From Bacteriovoracaceae bacterium (GTDB taxonomy: Bacteria > Bdellovibrionota > Bacteriovoracia > Bacteriovoracales > Bacteriovoracaceae): a stretch of 64,000 nt of DNA. Below, piece after piece: positions 29,772 through 38,892 of this stretch. Below the pieces are notes generated by a model. That model was not told the origin of the DNA, did no database searches, and was given only the letters and a program-made list of their open reading frames with translations. Both the position numbers and the translations under genes were made by a program. The stretch spans positions 1,619,466-1,683,465 of the forward strand of contig OZ242254.1 of assembly GCA_965206965.1 (NCBI GenBank), written 5' to 3'. The stretch's first letter is position 1. Each line of letters opens with the position of its first letter.

Positions 29772-30133
29772 TGAAAGAGCTTCTAATAAAATCTTTTCCA
29801 TTAGTATTTTTAGGTGGAGGTTTAGGCGCTTGTTTGAGATGGTTTATTTCTCTTGGGGCCAATGCTTTAAACTTAAAAATTTGGATGGGAACTCTAGTGG
29901 CTAATTTATTGGGCTGTTTGATTTTTTTTGGAGGTATCAAATATTTTTGGTTTGAAGGGAAAGTGACTCCTTGCCTCGTGCGAATTGGCTTTTTGGGAAG
30001 TTTAACAACTTTTTCAACTTTTGCTTACGAGCTTGTTTATCTTATTCGAGAGAATAGGTGGGGTGAATTTGGGTTTTGTTTAGTTCTAAATATACTCTTT
30101 GGGGTATTTATAGGAATTGGGATTTTGCGTTAG
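29771..30133 (+). CDS. crcB: fluoride channel CrcB/FluC
   Basis: GGGLGACLRW and GFLGSLTTFSTF motifs with four TM helices. The ATG at 29771 overlaps the upstream TAA (TAATG). The track start at 29756 is less likely. Confidence 0.85.
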   Translation: MKELLIKSFPLVFLGGGLGACLRWFISLGANALNLKIWMGTLVANLLGCLIFFGGIKYFWFEGKVTPCLVRIGFLGSLTTFSTFAYELVYLIRENRWGEFGFCLVLNILFGVFIGIGILR

Positions 30134-31480
30134 AAATTGATTGAGTTGTTTGAAAAATTCCTCTGGTTGATTTATCGGTATTTTTTTCTTAAAGATGAAT
30201 AGATTGCTATTTTCCTTTTTTCCCTTAAGTAAATAATGTTCAACAAATTGTTCTAGTAATGGATGAAAGTAATGTTTATTCAATTTATTGTTTGAGATTC
30301 TAGAAGATTTTGAATTTATGTACTGGAGTAATTTTTTCTGATGACTAGAATGTCGAAAAATAAGCTGATTTTTTAAGCTCAAAGATTGAATAGGGTAAAT
30401 AATCATTTGCTCTGGCACTAAGTGATTTGTAATTATAAAATCTCCAAATTCTTTATCTATAAGTGGAGAAGATATTTCATTTTCAGTAAGTTGTGACTGG
30501 TTAACATTTGGAAGATGTTGCCTCCATAAAAAAGTGATGACTTCTCTTCTTACGTTGTTTTCTAATTTACAAAAGAAATTATTGAAATGAATTAAGCTTT
30601 CGATAAAAGGGCCAAAAAGTTTAATGGTCGTGATTTTCCAATCTATATGATTTAGTTTTTGGTGAATAAGTTCTACTTCTTCCTTTTTGCCTTCACAAGG
30701 TAAAGCAAAAAGAATGACACCATTTTCGCCTTTGATCGTAATGAGGAAGGGTGAATGAATTTGTTTAATTTTATTATATACAGAATTTGATTGTTCAGTA
30801 GTTTTTTGGGAGTGATTTTCTTGCGTGCATTTAAAGTGGATTCGATCTAGTTCATAGCGGTTTCTTGGGTAATAAAGATGATTGATTTTTTGGATGCCCT
30901 TATCAATAAAGATCTTCAAGTATGTCTGCAAGAGGAACGCTGTCGCTCTTGCATCGTCAAGGGCTCGATGGGCTTCTTTGTGGGGAATATTGAAGATTTT
31001 ACTCATATAGTTGAGGTTACTATTGAGTAAATTAGGTATGAGATATTTAGTCATTAAATTTGTACAAATGCTTTTATTTTGAAGTTCCTCGATATTGAGC
31101 CTTTTTAAAACAGAGTTAAAAAAAGGGACATCAAAAGATGTATTGTGGGCGACTAAGATTCTGTCCCCCATAAAGTCGAGAATTTCATTAATGACATCCT
31201 CTATGCAAGGTGCTTGCTCTACATCGGCTTGTTTGATACTTGTTAGTTTTTGGATAAACTCAGGAATTTTAATTTCTGGGTTTATAAGAAAATTCTTTTC
31301 CTCGACAATTTCTAGTTTTTCGATTTTAACTAATCCAATTTCAATGATTTTATCAGATTTATGATTACCTCCTGTTGTTTCTAAATCAAAAATACAAAAT
31401 TTAAGATTTTTGATTAGTTCTAGTGGATTTGTGTTGGAAGCGGCAGTGTTTTCTAATTGGATTTGTTTTTTATTATTCAA
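30086..31480 (-). CDS. DEDDh (DnaQ/epsilon-like) 3'-5' exonuclease fused to a ~270-aa uncharacterised C-terminal region
   Basis: Exo I FCIFDLETTG, Exo II ILVAHNTSFDVPF and Exo III HRALDDARA in the first ~190 aa. The rest has no motif I recognise. TTG start. Confidence 0.8.
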   Translation of the reverse strand: MNNKKQIQLENTAASNTNPLELIKNLKFCIFDLETTGGNHKSDKIIEIGLVKIEKLEIVEEKNFLINPEIKIPEFIQKLTSIKQADVEQAPCIEDVINEILDFMGDRILVAHNTSFDVPFFNSVLKRLNIEELQNKSICTNLMTKYLIPNLLNSNLNYMSKIFNIPHKEAHRALDDARATAFLLQTYLKIFIDKGIQKINHLYYPRNRYELDRIHFKCTQENHSQKTTEQSNSVYNKIKQIHSPFLITIKGENGVILFALPCEGKKEEVELIHQKLNHIDWKITTIKLFGPFIESLIHFNNFFCKLENNVRREVITFLWRQHLPNVNQSQLTENEISSPLIDKEFGDFIITNHLVPEQMIIYPIQSLSLKNQLIFRHSSHQKKLLQYINSKSSRISNNKLNKHYFHPLLEQFVEHYLLKGKKENSNLFIFKKKIPINQPEEFFKQLNQFLTQNPNSYKYPKEYI

Positions 31481-31593
31481 GTATCCACCAGGTAACCAAT
31501 CATTCGATTGGGGTTAGGAGTTCTTCCCTATTATAACCTTAACTTATTTTTAACTGAAAACTCCGGCAAGATTTTTTCCTAGTGTTTTTTAAA

Positions 31594-32421
31594 CTATTTT
31601 AATTGCGAGATTGTATTAACGATAAGTTGATGAAAAGCTTGTTTGGCTTTGAGTGCTTGATTTTTAATATCTTCATGCCGAAGCTCTCTTTTTTCGATAC
31701 CTGTTGCCATGTTGGTAACACAGCTAATGGCTCCAATTTTAAGTCCGTTGTGATGAGCTGCAATGGCTTCAAAAATAGTACTCATTCCTACTAAATCGGC
31801 ACCTAAAACACTCAACATTTTGACTTCGGCAGGGGTCTCATAAGAGGGACCTAAAACTCCGGCATAGACTCCCTGCTTGAGTTGGTAATTGCTTTTAAAG
31901 GCCGCTTCTTGCAAGGCTTCCTGGATGTCGGGATGGTAAATATGTCCCATGTCGGGAAAGCGAGGGCCAAGGTCTTCTTCATTTGGTCCCTCTAGAGGGT
32001 TTTTTCCTGTAAGGTTAATATGGTCGGTGATCATGACCAAATCACCTGGGCAATATTGAGGATTGATTCCCCCTGAAGCATTGGTGAGGAGAAGATAAGA
32101 ACAACCGAGTTTTTTTAGAACTCTTGTTGGAAAAACGACCTCTTGCGGAGTATGCCCTTCATAGCAGTGAATACGTCCCTGTAGGCAAGCAACTTCAGTA
32201 TCATTAATCTTTCCTAAAACGAGCTTTCCAGTGTGACCAGTTACTGTGGTTTTTTGGAAATGAGGAATTTCGTGATATGAAATTTCTTTTTTATCCTTAA
32301 TAACATCAGCAAAATCTCCAAGTCCTGAGCCAAGAGTGATTCCTACCTTGGGTTGAATTGAAGTCTTATTTTGGATAGCTTTTGATGACTCATTTAGTTT
32401 TTTTGTGAGCTCAGTGATCAT
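31594..32421 (-). CDS. punA: purine nucleoside phosphorylase (trimeric PNP/PunA type)
   Basis: Motifs LGSGLG, HTGKLVLG, GRIHCYEG, TNASGG, SYETPAE and VGMSTIFEAI...SCVTNMA, typical of PNP family I. Confidence 0.85.
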   Translation of the reverse strand: MITELTKKLNESSKAIQNKTSIQPKVGITLGSGLGDFADVIKDKKEISYHEIPHFQKTTVTGHTGKLVLGKINDTEVACLQGRIHCYEGHTPQEVVFPTRVLKKLGCSYLLLTNASGGINPQYCPGDLVMITDHINLTGKNPLEGPNEEDLGPRFPDMGHIYHPDIQEALQEAAFKSNYQLKQGVYAGVLGPSYETPAEVKMLSVLGADLVGMSTIFEAIAAHHNGLKIGAISCVTNMATGIEKRELRHEDIKNQALKAKQAFHQLIVNTISQLK

Positions 32422-33775
32422 AAATTTCTCTTTTATAAGCAGTCTTTGGTGCCCAGTTGGTATCTACCTGATAGATGAGAGGGGGAATTGATTTAGGTTT
32501 TTGTGCTGATATTTTAAAGTTTTCTTCTAAAAAGCTTTGTTCAATTTCAGCCACTTTTTCTTCTTGTCCATCGTTGAAGTGAATTCTGGCAAGGCATTCA
32601 CCAGTTTTGATTTGATCGCCTATTTTTTTGGGAAAGAGAAAGCCGACACCAAAATCTATTTGATCTCCAGCTTTTTTTCGTCCTCCTCCAAGGGAAACAC
32701 AGTGGAGGCCTAAGGCGTGATTGTTAACTTGAGAGAGGTAACCTGTTTTGGTGGCGAGTACTTCCTTAATGTTTTTGGCTAAAGGAAGATGAGAATAATC
32801 ATCAACGACTTTAGGATTGCCCCCTTGATTGACCAGGAGCTCACGGAATTTTTTGAGGGCTGCTCCTGTATCGAGGGCTTCTTGGGCTTTTTTGATTCCA
32901 AGCTGATGGGTTTTAGCTAGGCCTGCTAGATAAATCATTCCACCTGCTAAGCTTAAAGAAAGCTCTGTTAAGTCTTGAGGCCCTTGTCCTTTAAGGGTTT
33001 CGATACTTTCAATAATTTCCAGAGAGTTTCCAACTGCTTTTCCTAGTGGTTGGTTCATGTCTGAAATAATAGTCATCATATTGCGATGGAAGCGAAGGCC
33101 TGTTTCTCTTAGGCTTTTTGATAAGGCTTGAGCTTTGTCTTTAGTGCGCATAAAAGCCCCATTGCCAACTTTAATATCCATGACAATTCCATTGGCTCCC
33201 TCGGCGAGTTTTTTTGACATAATGGAAGCGGTGATGAGGGGAATGGACTCAACTGTGGCGGTCACATCTCTGAGGGCATATATCTTTTTGTCGGCAGGGG
33301 CTATTTCTGCCGTTTGACCGGTGAGGACTAAACCGCGTTTTTCGACAAGGTCTTTGAATTGGCTTAGAGGAAGAGATGTTTGAAAACCGGCGATAGATTC
33401 AATTTTATCTATAGTACCGCCCGAATGGCCAAGGCCTCTTCCGGCCATCATAGGAATTTTAACACCACAAGCAGCCGCTAGAGGGGCCAGGATAAAGCTC
33501 GTTTTATCTCCAACCCCTCCCGTTGAATGCTTATCGATAACATTTTGGCCTTCAAAGGAAAGGGTTTCTCCTGAATAGAGCATGGCATCAGTGAGAAAAG
33601 CCGTCTCTCGCTGAGAGAGACCGTTGAGATAAATGGCCATGAGGAGGGCACTCATTTGGTAGTCTGCTACCTCTCCGTCTAGTAGGCTTTGTATAAACCA
33701 TTCGATCTCTGCCCAGGTCAGCTCTTTGCCGTCTCTTTTTTTGGCAATTAGGTTGTAAGCGCTGTGACTGGCCAT
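32411..33775 (-). CDS. pdp: pyrimidine-nucleoside (thymidine) phosphorylase
   Basis: Motifs DKHSTGGVGDKTS, MAGRGLGHSGGT and KKLAEG are colinear with DeoA/Pdp. The ATG at 33775 has AAAGGAG 5 nt upstream. The track start at 33802 adds 9 residues. Confidence 0.9.
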   Translation of the reverse strand: MASHSAYNLIAKKRDGKELTWAEIEWFIQSLLDGEVADYQMSALLMAIYLNGLSQRETAFLTDAMLYSGETLSFEGQNVIDKHSTGGVGDKTSFILAPLAAACGVKIPMMAGRGLGHSGGTIDKIESIAGFQTSLPLSQFKDLVEKRGLVLTGQTAEIAPADKKIYALRDVTATVESIPLITASIMSKKLAEGANGIVMDIKVGNGAFMRTKDKAQALSKSLRETGLRFHRNMMTIISDMNQPLGKAVGNSLEIIESIETLKGQGPQDLTELSLSLAGGMIYLAGLAKTHQLGIKKAQEALDTGAALKKFRELLVNQGGNPKVVDDYSHLPLAKNIKEVLATKTGYLSQVNNHALGLHCVSLGGGRKKAGDQIDFGVGFLFPKKIGDQIKTGECLARIHFNDGQEEKVAEIEQSFLEENFKISAQKPKSIPPLIYQVDTNWAPKTAYKREIYDH

Positions 33776-33912
33776 CTTGACTCCTTTAGAAAAAGGCTTC
33801 ATTGTTTTAAAGAGGATTCTGGATCCGCCAAGATTCTAAAGACTGAAAAGACATAAGACAATGAGTTCCCCTTTGTCCACTGAGATGTCGTTAATTAAAG
33901 GGATTCTTGTTT

Positions 33913-34347
33913 ATGAGAAAAGCCATTTTCTTTTTTGTTATTAGCGTAGCTCTATCTTTGTGTCCAGTAGCTAGTCACGCTCAGGCTGGGGCGCCGCCGC
34001 AAAAGGATCTCCTTGATGATTCCTTTAGAGATATGTATACGGTGGTGGGGTTTGGACTCGGTGGGGCTATTCTTGGTCTTTCGACACTGTCTTTTGTCGA
34101 CGAGCCTTCTGAGCATCTTAGGAATATTGTTGTTGGAGGAGCTGTTGGAGTTATCATAGGTGTGACTGTTATTGCGTGGCAACAGGCATATAAATCGAAA
34201 AGCTTCTATGATGATAATGCTTTTTTCCCTCAAAAGAATATGACGACTACTGATCGAGTGAGTTGGCATCGCATAAATCACTCGCAATTTAACCCTTCGA
34301 GTGGTACTACCTCTTCAAATAGTCTTTCGTTTTCTTTCGCTTTTTAA
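33913..34347 (+). CDS. hypothetical exported/membrane protein with Gly-rich hydrophobic segments
   Basis: Signal peptide MRKAIFFFVISVALSLCPVASHA and two Gly-rich hydrophobic stretches. It lies immediately upstream of nupC. Confidence 0.5.
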   Translation: MRKAIFFFVISVALSLCPVASHAQAGAPPQKDLLDDSFRDMYTVVGFGLGGAILGLSTLSFVDEPSEHLRNIVVGGAVGVIIGVTVIAWQQAYKSKSFYDDNAFFPQKNMTTTDRVSWHRINHSQFNPSSGTTSSNSLSFSFAF

Positions 34348-34368
34348 CGCTGAAGTTCGAGGAGTTTC

Positions 34369-35589
34369 ATGGAACGTTTGATTTCGTTAGTTGGCCTCTT
34401 GGCCATGGTGGGTTTTGCTTTCCTTTTAAGTGGCGATAAAAAGAAAATTAATTGGAAAACTGTTGTTTCAGGGGTGCTTTTGCAAGTCGTTTTGGGGCTC
34501 TTAATCCTAAAAACAGATACCGGCCAAGCTATTTTCGAAGGAGCTAGGGGATTTTTTGCTGGAATTTTGGCTTACACTAACCAAGGCTCTTCTTTTGTTT
34601 TTGGGTCTTTAGCCGATAGTAAAAGAGTAGGCTTTGTTATTTTCACTATGGTTCTTCCCACTATTATTTTTACCTCTTCTCTGATGAGTATTCTCTACCA
34701 CCTCGGAGTTATGCAAGTTGTGATTAAAGGGACGGCTTGGTTGATGGTCAGAGTTATGGGAACTTCTGGTGCTGAGTCTTTGGCTGCGGCAGCTAATATT
34801 TTTGCTGGTCAGACGGAAGCACCTTTAATGGTAAAACCTTTTATTGAAAAGATGACACGCTCTGAACTTATGGCTTTAATGACAGGTGGGATGGCTACTG
34901 TTGCTGGTGGTGTTCTTGCCGCTTACGTAGGAATGGGAATTGATGGAGGGCATTTGTTGGCTGCTTCGGTGATGTCTGCCCCTGCGGCTCTGGTTTGTGC
35001 CAAACTTATGGTTCCAGAGAGAGAGGAATCGACGACTCAAGGTGAAGTTAAAATTGAACTGAAAAAAACTACGGCGAATTTAATTGATGCTGCAGCTACT
35101 GGTGCAGGTGAGGGCTTAAAACTGGCTATCAATGTAGGGGCTATGCTTTTGGCTTTTATTGCCCTTATTGCTCTTATGAATGGTGTTTTGGGATGGCTCG
35201 GTGGATTTTTTGGTTATCCTCAATTGTCGATGGAGTTGATTACAGGCTATTTATTTTCACCCTTAGCTTTTCTTATGGGAATTCCTTGGGAGGATTCTGT
35301 TCCAGTTGGGGTGCTGCTAGGAAAAAAATTAATTCTTAACGAATTTGTAGCCTATCTTGACCTTAAGCAATTGACTCAAGCGAAGGTGATAAGCGAGCGC
35401 TCTATTATTATTTCTACCTATGCCTTGTGTGGGTTTGCCAATTTTGCTTCTATCGCTATTCAAATTGGAGGTATTGGGACAATAGCTCCTGGTCGACGCA
35501 AGGAGCTTGCTTTATTGGGGATTAAATCGTTGATTGGTGGAACACTAGCTTGCTTAATGACTGCTTGTATTGCTGGATTATTGGTTTAG
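34369..35589 (+). CDS. nupC: concentrative nucleoside transporter (NupC/CNT family)
   Basis: Polytopic, with CNT-like motifs (GSSFVFG, AAANIFAGQTEAPL, GGMATVAGGVLAAY, LCGFANFASIAIQIGG). Confidence 0.85.
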   Translation: MERLISLVGLLAMVGFAFLLSGDKKKINWKTVVSGVLLQVVLGLLILKTDTGQAIFEGARGFFAGILAYTNQGSSFVFGSLADSKRVGFVIFTMVLPTIIFTSSLMSILYHLGVMQVVIKGTAWLMVRVMGTSGAESLAAAANIFAGQTEAPLMVKPFIEKMTRSELMALMTGGMATVAGGVLAAYVGMGIDGGHLLAASVMSAPAALVCAKLMVPEREESTTQGEVKIELKKTTANLIDAAATGAGEGLKLAINVGAMLLAFIALIALMNGVLGWLGGFFGYPQLSMELITGYLFSPLAFLMGIPWEDSVPVGVLLGKKLILNEFVAYLDLKQLTQAKVISERSIIISTYALCGFANFASIAIQIGGIGTIAPGRRKELALLGIKSLIGGTLACLMTACIAGLLV

Positions 35590-35616
35590 CTTTTATTTCA
35601 ATAAGTAGGACTGTCA

Positions 35617-37200
35617 ATGGCAAAAGAACTTTTTATCAATCAAACTCTTAATGAGTGTCGAGCAGCTCTTGTTGAAAATGGAGAAATACTCGATTTTTTG
35701 ATGGATCGAGGAACGGATAAATGTGAAGAGCATCCCTCCGTTGGAAATATCTATAAGGGCAAAGTACTAAGAGTTCTTCCTGGGATGCAGTCAGCTTTTG
35801 TTGATATTGGATACACGAAAGCAGCTTTCTTGTATGTTGATGATGCTTATGTCCCAACTTTGGAAGAGCAAAGAGAGATTGCTGATCGAACTCGGAAGGA
35901 GCTAGAGAATCTAAAAGAACTTTCCGGAGAAGTAATACCCGATGAGCTTTCGACACTGTCTGATCACGTTAATATGCGCTTTCGCCCCGATGTTAGTATT
36001 GAGGATTTCCTTAAGGAAGGAGATGAAATTCTCGTCCAAGTTGCTAAAGAGCCTATCTCGACAAAAGGTCCAAGAGTCACTCGGCATGTAACGATGGCTG
36101 GTCGCTATATGGTTTTTATGCCATTCATTGAACACGCTGGAGTGTCTCGAAGAATTGAAAATGAGGAAGAAAGAGAGCGCCTTAAAGAAGTTTTGGAGAC
36201 AATTAAGCCCGATGGGAAAGGGGTTATTGCTAGAACGGTATCAGAAGGTCAAAGTTATAATACTCTCAAAGCTGACTACAATATGTTGGTTAAGCTTTGG
36301 AAAGAGGTTGCCCGCCGGGTTGAGAAAGCGCGAGCACCTGAACTTTGTCATAAAGATCTTAATTTTGTTCAAAGGGTTCTAAGGGATATTACGGATGAAA
36401 ATATTGTCAAGATAACTCTCGATAGCAAAGATCACTTAAGAGAAGTTGAAAAATTTACTAGTAAATTTACACCAACACTTAAAGGAAAGTCTTTACTCTA
36501 CGATGGGGAGATTCCTTTATTTGAAAAGTTTGGTCTCGACATGGAAATTGAGAGAGGGTTGTCGAATAAAGTTTTCTTAAGGAGCGGTGGTTCTCTTAAT
36601 ATTGATCAAACTGAAGCGCTGGTTTCTATTGATGTTAACACCGGAAAATTTGTCGGTCGCAAGACTTTAGAGGAAACTATTCTACGCACTAATCTCGAAG
36701 CGGTTAAAGAAATTGCTTATCAACTTCGGCTGCGAAATTGTGGTGGGATTATTATTGTCGATTTTATCGATATGGAAAAAGAAGAGCATCGAAACCAGGT
36801 CTACAATACTTTTTTAGAGGCTTTAAAAAGGGATCGAGCTAAAACAAGTGTTCTTCCTATTTCGGGGCTGGGCTTAGTCGAGATGACTCGCAAGAGAACT
36901 CGTGACACTTTGACTCGTGTTATGTGTACACCTTGTCCCTATTGTGAGGGTAGTGGTGTTGTGAAGTCTACTCTAACAGTTTGTTATGAACTCGTGCGGG
37001 AGTTGATGAAGGTTCTTAAACAGAATCCAAAGGGAAATAAAGTGTATATTTATGCTCATCCTGAAGTGACGGCCCAGCTCGCAGGCTCTGATTTGGACAT
37101 GATTGAAACTGTAGAAGAAAAGTTCGGACAAAGCGTTATTATTCGCTCAGAAAATAACTATCATATTGAGCAATACGAAATCTTTCCCCAAGACAACTGA
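35617..37200 (+). CDS. rng: ribonuclease G/E family (Rng/CafA-like)
   Basis: S1 domain VGNIYKGKVLRVLPGMQSAFVDIG, catalytic region SIDVNTG...IIIVDFIDM, and a Zn-link-like CTPCPYCEGSG. Confidence 0.85.
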   Translation: MAKELFINQTLNECRAALVENGEILDFLMDRGTDKCEEHPSVGNIYKGKVLRVLPGMQSAFVDIGYTKAAFLYVDDAYVPTLEEQREIADRTRKELENLKELSGEVIPDELSTLSDHVNMRFRPDVSIEDFLKEGDEILVQVAKEPISTKGPRVTRHVTMAGRYMVFMPFIEHAGVSRRIENEEERERLKEVLETIKPDGKGVIARTVSEGQSYNTLKADYNMLVKLWKEVARRVEKARAPELCHKDLNFVQRVLRDITDENIVKITLDSKDHLREVEKFTSKFTPTLKGKSLLYDGEIPLFEKFGLDMEIERGLSNKVFLRSGGSLNIDQTEALVSIDVNTGKFVGRKTLEETILRTNLEAVKEIAYQLRLRNCGGIIIVDFIDMEKEEHRNQVYNTFLEALKRDRAKTSVLPISGLGLVEMTRKRTRDTLTRVMCTPCPYCEGSGVVKSTLTVCYELVRELMKVLKQNPKGNKVYIYAHPEVTAQLAGSDLDMIETVEEKFGQSVIIRSENNYHIEQYEIFPQDN

Positions 37201-37304
37201 GCTAATTTGTCCAATCGATTTGATCAAATTGTATTTAACAGAATTTAATTTAAAGAAGAGAAGATATTCTCCGATACATCACTGAAGTTGAGGGAGGAGA
37301 TTTT

Positions 37305-37655
37305 ATGATTCAATTCAATGTTGAAAGGATGAAAAGCTATTTTGGAGATATTGATCTTTTTAAAGAAGTTTTTAAAGAGTTTAAAAAACAATACCCAATT
37401 CAATTAGAAAATCTCAATCAATCTATTTTAAATAAAGATGGTCTAAACATTGAAAGAATGGCTCATAAACTTAAAGGTTCAGTGGCGAGCTTTATGGCCG
37501 AAGAGGTTTTAGAGAAATTGAGCCTTATTGAAAATGCTGGTTCCAATCAAGACTTCAGTAATCTTGAGGGAATGTTTAATGAAGTTAAGGATTTGATCAC
37601 TCAACTTGCCAATCAAATTGAGGATTGGTTAAAAAATGCTCAGCAAGCGGCTTAG
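37305..37655 (+). CDS. stand-alone Hpt (histidine phosphotransfer) domain protein
   Basis: Hpt signature AHKLKGSVASF in a ~115-aa helical protein. GGAGGAG RBS upstream. Confidence 0.75.
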   Translation: MIQFNVERMKSYFGDIDLFKEVFKEFKKQYPIQLENLNQSILNKDGLNIERMAHKLKGSVASFMAEEVLEKLSLIENAGSNQDFSNLEGMFNEVKDLITQLANQIEDWLKNAQQAA

Positions 37656-37883
37656 TTTTTGGAATGTTGAAGTTTATTAGGTCAAATTTTTTGTCGTGAT
37701 AAGGAATATCTTTATTTCTTTGCATTAAAAACCTTATTGGCACTTTTTATAGGTGTCAAAACGATTTCTTATTGTCTATAGGGACAAAACGACTCCGAAA
37801 AAAAAACACAAAAGACTTTGAAATAAAAGAGTATTGATTTCTGAAAAGGAGAAAATGCTGGTTCCTCACGTTTTTTTTATTTT

Positions 37884-37899
37884 TGGTATTAAGTTTGCA
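37884..37899 (+). promoter_or_regulatory. candidate sigma-54 (-24/-12) promoter upstream of the 37983 gene cluster
   Basis: TGGTAT-N5-TTGCA has exactly the TGGCAC-N5-TTGCW spacing, with the GG and GC dinucleotides conserved. It lies 84 nt upstream of the ATG at 37983. A chance match is plausible in AT-rich DNA. Confidence 0.25.
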
Positions 37900-37982
37900 A
37901 ACTAAGGCCCAATCTCGAGCCTTGAGGACGAAAGGTTTTGAGATGGCCAATGTTAAATACTTAATCAGGGAGAGAAACTGGC

Positions 37983-38843
37983 ATGAAAAAACAAAATTGG
38001 AAAAAAGTGATGAGCGCTGGGTTATTAGCGACTGTTATGATCTTAGAAAGCTGTGGTGGAGGCAATGGACCGGGAGGGGTTTTTGTGCCGGGAGTGACGG
38101 CCCAGCAATTTGTTAATGCCCTCAACGATTTTGACGGAGTTCCCATTGGTGGAGGGGAGTCGCGAGTTATTCTTAGAACTGATGAAACTTATAGGGGAGG
38201 TTTTGCTGGTGAGGATGAATGGTTTGTTATTTACGACGCACTTCACGATCAAAATAAAGCTGTTTCTCTACAATACCTTCGCTCTATTGTTTATTTCGAC
38301 TACTACTCTGATGCTTATGCCGTTGCCGATGAGTTCCGTGCCATTGAAAGAGACGATATCTTAGATGGCTATGGTGATGGTGATTCTCTCGGTGATGATT
38401 ATGAAGTTGTCGATTACAACAGTTATACGGGGTATTTTGAAGGACGCAACTCAGATTGGGATTACGAGGATGAAGCAGAGACGATGGATGTCGCTTTAAT
38501 GGCCGGTGAAAAGGAGAAAATGGCTTTTTTCAAAAAAGCTTCACAGGTTTCCTTTGCCTTTAGCGTTAGTATTGAAGCGGCGATGTCTTTAGTCACTTTG
38601 GGGAGTAAGGTAGAAAAGATGTTGGGTAAATCCCAAGGGGAGCTAACAGAGGAAGATCAAAAGGCCCTTATGGGGGATTTTCAAAATTTATCTGGAGTGA
38701 CTTTAGAGGAAGTGATCGAAGCTGCTGTCGATGACGAGAAAAAAGAGGCTATGATTTCTAAAATCGCCGACAAAATTGGAACAACTGCTGAAAACTTGGA
38801 AGCACGTATTCTACCCAAAGTCTTTGGCTTAGAACTTCAATAA
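37983..38843 (+). CDS. hypothetical acidic lipoprotein (286 aa)
   Basis: Signal plus lipobox-like LATVMILESCGGG. The mature part is very Asp/Glu-rich (DGYGDGDSLGDDYEVVDYNSY...DWDYEDEAE). No family recognised. Confidence 0.65.
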   Translation: MKKQNWKKVMSAGLLATVMILESCGGGNGPGGVFVPGVTAQQFVNALNDFDGVPIGGGESRVILRTDETYRGGFAGEDEWFVIYDALHDQNKAVSLQYLRSIVYFDYYSDAYAVADEFRAIERDDILDGYGDGDSLGDDYEVVDYNSYTGYFEGRNSDWDYEDEAETMDVALMAGEKEKMAFFKKASQVSFAFSVSIEAAMSLVTLGSKVEKMLGKSQGELTEEDQKALMGDFQNLSGVTLEEVIEAAVDDEKKEAMISKIADKIGTTAENLEARILPKVFGLELQ

Positions 38844-38853
38844 AAAAATGAGA

Positions 38854-38878
38854 GGGGCGCGTTTGGTGCCCCCCTTTT
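38854..38878 (+). terminator. GC-rich hairpin plus short T-tract between the lipoprotein gene and the large ORF (partial terminator/attenuator)
   Basis: GGGGCGC (38854-38860), loop GTTTG, GTGCCCC (38866-38872): 7 bp including one G-U pair, followed by CCCTTTT. It is locally far more GC-rich than its surroundings. Confidence 0.45.
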
Positions 38879-38892
38879 CGAGGAGGGCGGTT

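Noticed and set aside
37883-38146. ORFs 37883-38116 (+) and 37961-38146 (-) around the start of the lipoprotein gene.
   Set aside because: They overlap the lipoprotein CDS, which has a coherent signal/lipobox sequence. They have no RBS, and their composition is typical of off-frame reading.
38848-38892. ATG at 38848 as the start of the large exported protein.
   Set aside because: These 15 codons span a GC-rich hairpin and precede the AGGAGG RBS. The TTG at 38893 yields a canonical signal peptide. I kept it as an alternative only.
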